Assembly (NCBI RefSeq): GCF_004010195.1
Contig: NC_057711.1
Span: 77,598,925 to 77,662,924, forward strand
DNA length: 64,000 nucleotides
DNA from: Chiloscyllium plagiosum
Lineage: Eukaryota
Direction: 5' to 3'
In this document: positions 39,181 through 50,990 of the stretch, piece after piece
Layout of the letters: each line of letters begins with the position of its first letter
Numbering within the stretch: position 1 is the stretch's first letter
Made by a program: the position numbers and the translations under genes
The notes under the pieces: model-generated
Told to the model about the DNA's origin: nothing
The model's database searches: none
The model's input: only the letters and a program-made list of their open reading frames with translations

Positions 39181-40895
39181 CACTTGAGGAATTATGAACC
39201 TGTACTCCAAGGTCTCTTTGTTCAACAACACTTCCAGGGCCTTACCATTAACTGTATAAGTCCTGCCCTGATTTGCCTTTCCAAAATGCAGCACATTTAT
39301 CTAAATTAAACTTCATCTGCCACATTGTCCCATCTGCTCAAGCCCCCACTGTGCTCTGAGATCATCTTCACTGTCCATTACATCACTTATTATGGCATCA
39401 TCTGCAAACTTACTAACCATACGTCCTATATTCACATCCAAATCATATATGACGAAATGCAGTTGGCCCAGCACTGATCCTTGTGGCATACTGCTGGTCA
39501 CAGGCCTCTAGTCCAAAAAACAATTGTCCAGGCTTTTATATGAAAGGTGTTAACAGAAAAAACCTTTCCTGCAGGGACAGGGACAAAAATCAGGTGAAAC
39601 ACAGAGCAAAGGCCACTCTGCTCTTTCAAAACATAAAACAAAGTTACCTTGATTTTGTTAAATAATAATAAAGGCCCCATTACTCTGGGGATAAACAAAA
39701 ATAAATAAACAAACAAAAAGGCTCTCCCTTGACTCTGTCCCCACCGACCTCTTTTTGGCAGGGACCATGGGGTCAAAGTAAAAATAAACTAAAGCAAAAT
39801 CAAATAAAAACAAATAAACAAACAAACAAAAATATAAATAAATCCCCTCTACTCCATCCCCATCGAACCCTCCTGGGACAGGGACAACAATAGTTGAAAA
39901 TTCAGAGGAAGTTCCACTGCTCATTTCAACTAAAAATAAAATTCCTCTCTCATCGATCCCCATGAAGTGTATCTGAGACAGGGACAGTATGGGGCTAAAA
40001 TAAAAGCCTCCTTTGCTCTGCCAAGGTGTCCAAAATCAGAACAAAGGGAAGACGGTCTCCAGAGGCCATAGAACATGCATGTGGTCTGGCACCCAGTAAG
40101 CTTGCTCAGTTGCATGTTGCATGGCACTGCCACATGGAGCACTCCACCTCAATGTAAGAGGGGAGCACACCTTCACAGAGGGCTCTTCACTGGGGATCTC
40201 CAACACTGTATGGCAAAACATCACACCAAAGCATGTCCAGACGGATGAAGACACAGCAGTGGAGAGTGTGCAGCACCAACTCATACAAATAAATCCTCCT
40301 TACCATTGTAAAGGGCACCAGGAGGACATCCCTGAGACATCTCAGATTGTGGGATACCAAGTCACAGGGGAGGATCCGTGGCACGGGGCCAATGTTGAGT
40401 TTTGGATGGACAGGGGTCAGTTCATCTGGAAGCCCACTGCACACCTGAGCCGCCTCAAGTGCACATGAGGGTTGACCTATGACAGGTCCTTCTACACAAC
40501 TTTGCAAGCTTTCTCACTGGACAGATCTGGAGAGAGGAGAGTCCCATAATAGTCACTTAGGTCCTGATGCCCTCTGGGTCCGAGATGAATGATCTGTTGT
40601 CGGCTCGCAATACAAGGAGCAGCTGGTAGACCCAGTGATTAGAAGGGGGAGCCATAGTGGAGATCCTGAAAGAACTGGACCCGCGATGTCACATTTGCAC
40701 CCCTGGACCCAATGAGATACAAATACCGGAGTGCTGCTACCCTCTCTTCATTTGCCTCCCGCAGGGCTAGTCCACATCGGGCTAACCGAGGTGTGACTCC
40801 AGGTGGAGCACCTTCTTCTTCAACCCTCTACCCTGGATTTCAGCCTCTTCATCGACACCCACACTGACAGAAGACACTGATGTGAGTCTTGCGCA

Positions 40896-41597
40896 TGTAG
40901 GAGTGACCTCGATCTCTGAGGCAAGACGACTTTGAAGGTGTCAGGAATTCAGCAGGAACACTTTATTCAAGCTGTAATCAATTACAGCAAGGAGAGGAAC
41001 TCAAGATCATCACGCAGGATGATCCAGCTTACTCTGTCAAACATCCACACAATACTATTTTTATACTTTCGTACATCAAATTATGTAAATCTACAAATTA
41101 ACTCTTAACGTGCAGTTGATCATATCGAATCCATAAGTCAATCAACTGGGTGATGATTACATCAAATCTGTAAATCAATTGACTAGGCAGATTAAATTTG
41201 ACTATATAAAATTTATAATTCAGTAACTAAGCACTTCAATTACATCAGATTGATGTGTATTTTGCATCTACAATTCGAACACCTAATGCCCGTTCACTTA
41301 CATGGTCACTTGCTTATTTTGTAACCTTTGCCTCTGAATACTCTGATCTGCTAAGGTTCTGCCCTGCTTACTCATATTGGTTAGCAATTAACAAGGCCTC
41401 TGTGGTTTAGGTGGGGTGTCTTTAATCATGCAGAGAGTCAATCGTCGTAAAACATCTTATTCTATGGTTTTGAGAGACATTGTGCTATAAGTTTCTTTAC
41501 TTTGGTATTAAGGTCCTTTTTTTTTTAAAACCAATCCACTCACGTGCTCTATTTTACTACTATTGCATTTCATTCACTCAAAACCATGGTCTCTTCA
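40896..41597 (-). mobile_element. Probable solo LTR
   Basis: TG...CA termini with partial inverted ends; minus-strand TATA-like (about 41060) then AATAAA (about 40965) near the end; no TSD found. Confidence 0.55.
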
Positions 41598-42358
41598 CTC
41601 CCCAGTGCACTAGGTCACCCAAAACTATGAAAAGATTATAATACTCATCCCCTCTCAGAACCATCTACCATGACTTGAATAGCTTGTAGGACATCAAACA
41701 AGTTTTCTCCATCAGCACATACCTGTTAGATACATATTGATTAGGGCCATCATCCGCTTTAAGAAAGTTACCATCAAAATAGTGCTTCTGTGAAATTGAA
41801 TGAATGAATCAGTAAACTAGCAATAGTGAGTGAAATCTCAAGATCCAGCTGTGGTAGTCAGTTTCCACTCACTCTGCTTTTATTAAGTACGTATATAATT
41901 TCTGATTTGTTTACATCATATAATATTGTGATGATATTCTTTCTAGCTAAAAGGAGAGGCTGAATAGGTTGGGTCTGTTTTCCCCTAGAGCATCGAAGAC
42001 TGAGGATGACCTCAGAGGTTTATAAAATCATGAAGGGGTGGGGGAGTCCAGAACTGGAAGGCGTAGGTTTAGGGTGACTCTCGTATTCTCTACTGCAGAA
42101 GGATCCACACCTCACATTCCCTTATTAAACATATCCCACCATAGCCTCAAGGAGGGAGGACCACCCGCCCCATCACTTTCCTTTTCCAGCTGGTCCACAA
42201 GTAACAAAATGAATACCCGAACTGCTCGTCCTCCAGCAGCAGGTTGAAACTAAGAATAGACACTTACTTGAAGAAGCACATCTCCTTAAGTCCCATTCAA
42301 GGCACGTGTGCATTCACGAAGTGAAGCACTGTGCCTCTGAAATGAACTGTGTGAGTTG

Positions 42359-43081
42359 TGTTATGAAGGTGTAGGTGTGTATTGTACCTTGAAGAGGGGG
42401 GAAGAGGGGGAAGAGGGTTCAACAAAGACTGACTGAAAGCACAGAGTGTGCTGAACAATTTAAAAAAGTGTAACATTTGGTTGAAACAAATAGCTGGAGC
42501 TGTGTGGCCATGGTACAAAAACAAGTTCAAATTCGGCCAATTTAAATTATGCCCCAGATACCAAATTTGAATTTTCATGTTTGACATGACATCAAACCAA
42601 TGAAATGATCCAACTTTTTGGAGCTGAAAAATCAGACATTTTGAACAGTTAGGGGGAGAACAGCAAAAAAATATCCACAAGTAAAAATTGCCAGCAGAAT
42701 AGCTCTCTGAAAGATACCTGTCTATAAGAAATGTGTGCAGCAGAAGACCAAAGCCAACTTAGAGAAATCTACAGGGAAAGTTTGACATCTGAAGAGGACA
42801 ACCAGGTTTGAAATTGATTTGTCGTAAATCCAAGAGGGAATTTATCGGACCAGTATTGTAGAGTGTGAGGTAAAAGATAGGTTTAAGAGAAAGGAGTTGT
42901 AAATAGTTGTGGTTTTAATGTTCTCTGTTGGACTTAAAGAATAAAATTGTTAAATTTTACTTTAAATAGTGACCTCTGGGATAGTTCTTTGCCTCTCAAA
43001 ATTTAACAGACTATGGCATGAGGTGAGCTTCTCTGGGTGTTGGGTTTAAATTAGCAGAGGGGTTTACCCCATGTCATAACA
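42359..43081 (+). mobile_element. Solo LTR with 4-bp TSD
   Basis: TGTTATGA...TCATAACA termini; TSD GTTG at 42355-42358 and 43082-43085; AATAAA near 42939; splits the Tx1 endonuclease frame. Confidence 0.85.
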
Positions 43082-46000
43082 GTTGGAGCAGATGGCCTGG
43101 CACATGCTGCTTGAACCTCAAAATCTCTGGCTGACAAACAGGGGCCAATAAGATAGCTACTCTGCCAGAATTGGAGGCCATGAAGACCTTTCCACACAAA
43201 TCCAGGAGCTGTGCAGCTTCATCTCCTGAAACAGAATGGGTACCTTGCAGGAGGCTCACCACGTACTTGCGTTCCCTGAGGAGCAAGAGGATACGAAATC
43301 TGCACCGGCCTTCCTGGTACTGCTGACATTGAGGCTAGCTATGGGTGTTTTCATGGTTGCAGTATATGCTACCACCATCAATTACAAGAATAAAACCCAA
43401 CTTACTGAGCAGGCAAAGGATTATTTTTCCCTTCCACTTCCTGAGTATGCTGCAAAGGAATCCCTGGCACCACTGCTTCATGTACCTGTCCATTCCCCAA
43501 GCGGCCAATAGCTACCAGACATGGCCAGAAGTGGCAGAGAAGTCCACCAGTCCATAGCCAAACTGGACTCTGACTCAATGCCCAAGTACTGCTTACATGG
43601 AGTTCCCCAAAAGGGATAAGGGGGGGCCTCGCCCACAAGCACCACATCTCTCTCTGCCCCGTCTAACTTGGCAATGCTCCTGACCGACTCCCAATCCTCC
43701 TCCAGGACGTTGCTTCGGACCCCTCACCTTTCTCCTGCAGGAGACGGTCCAGGGTCACCAGTTAGACACACCCCTGCCTCAACCCAAACCCAGGCATGAC
43801 AGCAGGAGGATCTTTTGGTCAATGTGACATTTGAGCCTGAGTTGTATTGTTCAATAATTAAAGGGTGACGAGATACCAGGGACAAGCAGAGAGAGGATGA
43901 CTCAGAGGATGCAACCACTCCTGTGGAGGAATGATTTAGCCCCACCCCAGATGCTGTTATAGAGGATCCCACAATCATCATTGCAACCACAACCCCCCCC
44001 CTCCCCACAACCAAACACCAGGACCAACATCTCCCCCACATAAATAGTAGGAAAAGGAAAATGAGAAAGTCCCATCAGGCCTCACCTGTCAGTCCAGTAG
44101 CTACAAGCTGCCATGTCCCTTCACGCCATCTAACCAACAGGTACAAAACAATAGTTCCCCAATGTTTAGAGGCAATAATCAGGCAGTAAGTAGGCCACAG
44201 TCACAAAGTAATAATTAAGATGGCCTGGCTCCAAACAATTCCAGGGCATCAGAATCCAAAATACAGTCACTCACTAAGTGTTCAGGCTCCAAGCAATGAA
44301 TGTACAAGCTAAATCCCCTGTCTGAATAAATCTAGGCTCCTATGTTTCTCAGGGCAGCAGCAAGTCCCAAGACTGAGTCCTTTCAGGCAGAGTGCAGCAC
44401 CCCAGGCCCCAATCAATAACAGCAGCTTCTCCATAGCGCAGCATGTATTATTACATCAGTCTTCAATTCACCAAGGAGAAAGGCAAGGCACCAGGCTTCT
44501 CAGGGCAGCTGTAACAGCAGCAGCAAGTCCGAGATTTGAGTGCCTCTAGGCAAACAGGCTGTAATGCCCTAGGCCTCAACCAACTCCAGCTGCTCTCAGC
44601 TGCAACAGGTGTTGCCATTTAAGACTCTAAGTTCCAATTACAGCAGAGTACAAATTCTCAACACAATGCTCTCTACAGGAAACAATCCAGCAACACAACT
44701 CCATCTTCTAAATTTAAACTAATTTTGTAACAAATTGGCTAGCTCTCCCAGATCCCATGTAATCTAACTCAACAAACTAACCTATCATGCAAAACCTTGC
44801 CAAATGCTTTGCTGAAGTCCATATAGACAATGCCTACTACTGTGCCTTCATTAATCTTCCTTTTCACCTCTTAAAATAACTCAATCAAGTTAGTGAGGTG
44901 CAATTTTCCAAACACAAAGCCATGTTGACTATTTTTAATCAGTCCTTGTCTTTCCAAATGCGTGTAAATCCTATCTCTCAGAATTGCCTCCATCAACTTA
45001 CTGAAAACTGATGTAAGGCTCACCAGTCTATAGTTCCTTGGCTTTTCCGTATAGCCTTTCTTAAATATGGCATCACGTTAGCCAACCTCCAGTCTTCTCG
45101 CATCTCATCCATGGCCATCAATGATACAAATCTCTACTAGTGGCCCAATTTCAACTTCCCACACAGTTCTAGGAAACACCTGATCAGGTTCTGGGGGATT
45201 TATCTATCTTTATGCACTTTAAGAAGTCCAGTACATCCTCTTCTGTAACATGAACTCTTTTCAAGACATCACTATGTATTTCCCCACGATCCCTAGCTTC
45301 CAGGTCCTACTCCACAATAAATACTGATGAAAAAATATTCATTTAGTATCATCACCATCTCCTGTGGTTTCACCCATAGACAGCCACATTGATCTTTCAG
45401 AGACCTTATTCTCTACCTAGTTACTCTTTTGTCTTTAACGTACTTTTGGATCCCTTTGGATTCTCCTTAAGTCTATTTGCCAAAGCTATCTCATGTCCCC
45501 TTTTTTCTCTTCGGTCCTCTTCTTCAGTATACTCCTACTGCCCTTATACTCTTCTAGGGATTCACTCAATTCCAGCTGTATATACCTGACATATGACTCC
45601 TTTCTCTTGACCAGAGCCTCAATTTCTCCAGTCGTTCAGCATCACCACTCCTAACAGCCTTACTCTTCATACTAACAGGTACATACTGTCTCTGAACACC
45701 AGTTATCTCACTTTTAAAGGTGCCTCAATTCCCAAACATCCCTTTACCTGTGAATAGCCTCTTCCAATCAACTTTTGAAAATTCCTGTCTAATACCATCA
45801 AAATTGGTCTTATCCTGATTTAAAACTTTAATTTTTTGAACAGTTCTATCTTTTTCCATAACTATTTTGAAACTAATCAGATTATGATCACTTGCCCCAA
45901 AGTGCTCTCCACTGACACCTCAGTCTCTTGTCCTGCCTTTATTTCCCCACAGAAGGTCAAATATTTTTCCTTCTCTAGTAGGTACATTCACATATTGAAT

Positions 46001-47024
46001 AGGAAAGGTTTATTGTACACTCTTAACAAATTCCTCCCCATCAAGACCCTTAACACTATGACAGTCCCTGTCTATGTTTGGAAAATTAAAATCTCCTACC
46101 ATTACAGTCCCATTACTCATATATATCTGAGATCTCCTTACATATTTGTTTCTCAATTTCCTGCTTACTATTGGGGGGCCTATAATACAATTCCAACAAG
46201 GGGATCATCCCTTTCTTATTTCTCAGTTCCACCCATATAACTTCACTGGATGATCTCCCGTGAATGTCCTCCCTAAGTACATCTGTAACATTATCCCGAA
46301 CCAAAAACACCACTTTCCCTCCTCTCTTGCCTCCCTTGCTATCCTTTCCATAGCATCTAAACCCTGGAACATTAAACTTCCAGTTCTCGCCATCCCTGAG
46401 CCACATTTCTGTAATAGTTATTATTTCCCAGTCCAATGATCCCAACCATGCCCTAAGTTCATCTGTCTTATCTGTCAGGCCTCTTGCACTAAAGTAAATG
46501 CAGTTTGATTTCTTAGTCCTACCTCATTCTCTGCCAAGATCCTGTCTGTCTTGACCATTTGACCTGCTCCGTTTATCTGTACCAGCGTCAGCTTTTTCTC
46601 TGCGCTTACTATCATTTTGGATGCCCCCCACCCCTAACTACTTCAAAGCCTGCTGAGTAGCACTAGCAAATCTTCCTGCAAAGATATTGGTTCCCTTCCA
46701 ATTTAGGTGGAACCCATCCTTCTCATACAAGTCATTTCTACCCCTGAGGAGATCCCAATAATCCAAAAATGTGAATTCTTGCCTCCTGCAGCAGCTCCTC
46801 AGCCATGCATTCATTTGCGCTCTCCTATTCCCACTCTCACAAGCACGTAGCACCGGTAGTATTCCATTAATTATTACCCTTGAGGACCACTTTTTAACCT
46901 ACTGCCTAATTTCCTACATTCTCTCTGTTGAACCTCATCACTTTCCCTACATATGTTATTGGTACCAAAGTGAACAATGACCTCCTGCTGGTTACTCTCC
47001 CCTTTCAGAATATTCTGCATCCTC

Positions 47025-47489
47025 AAAGTTTGTGAGAAGATTTGTAGCTGGGGTGCTCGTTGTTGTGGTTCTGTTCGCCGAGCTGGGAATTTGTGTTGCA
47101 GACGTTTTGTCCCCTGTCTAGGTAACATCCTCAGTGCTTGGGAGCCTCCTGTGAAGCACTTCTGTGATCTTCCTCCGGCATTTGTAGTAGTTTGAATCTG
47201 CCGCTTCTGGTTGTCAGTTCCAGCTGTCTGTTGCAGTGGTCGGCATATTGGGTCCAGGTCTATGTGCTTATTGATTGAATCTGTGGATGAGTGCCATGCC
47301 TCTAGGAATTCCCTGGCTGTTCTCTGTTTGGCTACACTACTATATAACACTACTATTATAGGACAAGCCAAACAGAGAACAGCCAGGGAATTCCTAGAGG
47401 CATGGCACTCATCCACAGATTCAATCAATAAGCACATCGACCTGGACCCAATATGCCGACCACTGCAACAGACAGCTGGAACTGACAAC
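47025..47489 (-). mobile_element. Truncated Penelope-like element with 5' inversion
   Basis: TSD attctgcatcctc at 47012-47024 and 47490-47502; 124-nt inverted arms 47210-47333 / 47366-47489 encoding AKQRTAREFLEAWHS; hammerhead motif 47098-47137 with GAAA>AAAA. Confidence 0.85.
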
Positions 47490-48785
47490 ATTCTGCATCC
47501 TCTCCAACACATCCTTGACCCTGGCACCAGGGAGGCAACAGGCTTTTCTGTTGTCTCGCTGATGGCAGAAATGTCTGTCTGTGCCCCAGATCAGAGATTG
47601 CCCTATCACAGATTGCTTGGAACCTGATATATCCGTCATTACTACAGCCAGTCACAGTACCAGAAATCTGGCTGTCAGTGCTATTCTCCCCTGACAGGCC
47701 ATCCCCCTAAAGTATCCAAACAGCGTACCTGTTTGAGATGTGGATAGCCACAGGAGACTCCTGCACTATCTAGCTACCACTCCTATCATTTCTAGCCATC
47801 AATGATCTACCTGACAGTATTTGTGCTGTCTCCACCTTCCTGAAACTGTCATCTGTCACGCACCCACTTGCTCGTGTAAACTTGTCATTGTCTCTAAATG
47901 CCGTTCCAACTGATCCCTGCGGTCCAGAAGGATTTGCAACCAAACACACTTCCTGTAGTCAACATTCAAATTCTCTCTGATCTCCCATATCTGATTTTAT
48001 GTGAAAACAATAGGCATTTTAAGAGAATGGAGTCTTGTCACTTTCTAAGTGGGACAAGTACAAAGTAAAATAGTAAATGATGATTTTTGCACTCTGTACT
48101 CCTTCAGGAACTGGTTCACTGGCAGTCAGAAAATGGTCGCTGTAATCACATTCGTATTTATTGAAGAGCAAAGTGTTTGTATATAAGAGAATTTTCTTCC
48201 CAAAGACTTGACTTCTTATTGTTCTCCATCTTCGCCTTCCTCAACCTAAGGGTTTAATCTTTATACTTCATTCTTCTAGAACTCAGTGCTGCTCTGTTTT
48301 GTGGTCCTTTTCAAGAAATGATAAGTAACAAGTGAAAAAGCAATATCCTAAGATAAAGATGTTTCATTGTTTTATGATCTGCTATTAAATAATTTCCATT
48401 AAATACAATAGAATTCTATAGAAATTACAGCAATGAAATAGGCAGTTTGGCCCAAGCAAACTGGGTCATCCACATATGAATAATATGCAGCTATTCTTTT
48501 GTACTGCATTCAAAAGCTATATAGAACTTCAGCAGAGGCTTAGTTTAACCATGGATTCATATATCACTCATATGTCATTGTAAGTATTCAAATTACATTT
48601 GCAAATAAAATAAGATTTTCATGGTAAGGTATCAGACTGCTTAATGTTAACTTCAGCAAAACATTAGTTTCAGGATTAACAAGAGTGCTAATATAATTCA
48701 CATGTTAACATGGTTTTACTAGTCCAGTAATTAGCAGAGAAGCTACCCTGGTTTCTCTGAGAGTTATATATGGAAAGGACAATCC

Positions 48786-48873
48786 GCAGCTGGCTAGATT
48801 CCCACAAAAGGAAGTCAAACTTCACTACTGGTACTGAATCTGAATGTCCTTTTGTGGGAATCTAGCCAGCTGC
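48786..48873. repeat. Perfect 27-bp inverted repeat (hairpin), origin unknown
   Basis: gcagctggctagattcccacaaaagga (48786-48812) is the exact reverse complement of 48847-48873. Confidence 0.9.
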
Positions 48874-49277
48874 TGGTTGTGCTTGTGGGTTGTACTAGAT
48901 CCCACCACCACATCGCAAAGCTTAAAATTAACTTACCAAGTAATACCACAAGGTGGGAATCACATAACTGTGAAAAATGTTTTTATATTGTGAACATATA
49001 ATATCATGGTTTAATGTCAAATTTGATAGAGTTTTGGGCTATTGATATAATTGTGTCATTGCAGATTAAGTTTGAAATCAACTAATTTTCTCAATTTACT
49101 TTTAGATCAAGTAGCAAGTTGCCAAACAAACTTGAATACATTGACATATGATATCTTATTTGCTAAAAATATAACAAAGCCTATGAGAAACATGGATGTC
49201 ATTCCATTCCATTTTTACAACAGACCTTGGCAAATAATGTGACCTAGTCTAAAGAAATTAGAACAACTTCAAAATGG

Positions 49278-50990
49278 AGTCATAGTGATGCAGCACCAAA
49301 CAGACTCTTTGGTCCAAGCCGTCCATGCTGACCAGATATCCTAACCTAATTTAGTCCTATTTGCCAGCACTTGGCCCATATCCCTCTAAACACTTTCTAT
49401 TCATGTACCTATCCAGATGCCTTTTAAATATTGTAATTGTACCAGCCTCCACCACTTCCTCTGGCAGCTCATTCCATCCATCCACCCCCACCCCTGCATA
49501 TTAGGTCCCTTTTAAATCTTTCCTCCCTCACTTTAAACCTGTGCCCTCTAGTTCTGGATTCTCCCACCCCAGAGGATAGACTATTGTCTATTAACCCTAT
49601 ACATGCCCTTCATGATTTTATAAATCCTCGGCCTCAGACACTCCAGGAAAACAACCACAGCCTATTCGGCCTCAAACCCTCCAACATCCTTTTCTAAATC
49701 ATTTCTGAAGCCTTTCAAGTTTCACAACATCCTTCCTATATGAGGGAGACCAAAATTGCACACAGTATTCCAAAAGTGGCCTAATTAATGTTCTATACAT
49801 CCACAACATGACCTCCCAATTTCTATACTCAATGTTCTGACAATAAAGGTAAGCATACAAAATGCCTTCTTCACTATCCTATATACCTGAGGCTCCACTT
49901 TCAAGGATCTATAAACCTGCACTCCAAAGTGTTCAGCAACACTCCCCAGAACCTTACCATTAAGTGTATAAGTCCTGCTAAGATTTGCTTTCCCAAAATG
50001 CAGCACCTCACATTTATCTAAATTAAACTCCACCTGCCATTCCTCGGTCCATTGGTCCATCTGATCAAGATCCCATTGTACTCTGAGGTAACCTTCTTTG
50101 CTGTCCATCACATCTCCAATTTTGGTGTCATCTGCAAACTTACTAACCATCCAAATCATTTAGATAAATGACAGACCTAAATTAGAGTGGTGCTGGAAAA
50201 GCACAGCAGTTCAGGCAGCACCAAAGGAGCAGGAAAATCGACGTTTTGGGCAAAAGCCTTTCATCAGGCTCTTCGGATGCTGCCTGAAACTGCTGTGCTT
50301 TTCCAGCACCACTCTAATCTAGAATCTGGTTTCCAGCATCTGCAGCCCTTGTTTTTAACTAGTCACACACCTCCAGTCTGAAAAGCAAACCTCCACCACC
50401 ACCCTCTGTCTTCTACCTTTGAGCCAGTTCTGTATCCAAATGGCTGGTTCTCCATGTATTCCATGTGACCTAACCTGCTAACCAGTCTACCATGAGGAAC
50501 TTTGTCAAAGTCCATATAGATCACATCCACCGCTCTGCCCTCATCAATCCTCTTCGTTACTTTTTCAAAAAACTCCAACAACTTGCCCATCACCAATGTC
50601 AGGCTCACCAGTATATAGTTCCCTGACTTTTCCTTACCACCTTTCTTAAATAGTGGCACCATGTTAGCCAATCTTCCGGCACCTCACCTGTAACTTTTGA
50701 TGATGCAAATATCTCAGCAAGGGGCCAGCAATTGCTTCCCTAGCTTCCCACAGAGTTCTAGGGCACACCTGGAGAGGTCCTGGCAATTTATCCAACTTGT
50801 TGCAACTTAAGACATCCAGCACCTCCTCCTCTGTAATGCTGTCAAAATTGGCCTTCCTCCAATTTGTAACTTTTAACTTTTGGAGTCCAGTCTGTGCTTT
50901 TCCATCACTATTTTAAAACTGATAGCGTTATGGTCCCTGGCCCCAAAGTGCTCCCCCACTGACACTTCAGTGACTTGCTCTGCCCTTTCA
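49278..50990 (-). mobile_element. CR1 LINE fragment
   Basis: VSKFADDTKIG, EFNLDKCEVLHFG, ANMVPLFKKGG. Confidence 0.9.
50177..50362. mobile_element. Family A fold-back element inside CR1, degenerate hammerhead (50236-50268, minus)
   Basis: Inverted arms homologous to 25957-26183; no TSD, host CR1 appears locally deleted. Confidence 0.8.

Larger units (their letters stand above)
39531..44680 (-). mobile_element. Tx1-clade LINE, internally deleted, nested in CR1
   Basis: APE N-terminus IASLNV...LLRERKYVVSLLQGTH...GRVAILLAP..QPEIL...VPGHLLQ / HFVNAHVP; C-terminal LYELVLHTLH and VLHVAVPCN..LS. Confidence 0.75.
38210..47990 (-). mobile_element. Long CR1 LINE (ORF1 to 3' end) hosting nested insertions
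   Basis: Collinear pieces: 3' end 38210-38785, RT 39180-39530 and 44680-45800, APE 45800-46500, esterase ORF1 46640-47990. Confidence 0.85.

Noticed and set aside
48799..48860. Paired CSL/Su(H) site (SPS)
   Set aside because: Orientation and spacing (over 40 nt) do not fit the canonical head-to-head 15-17 nt arrangement; the pairing follows from the inverted repeat
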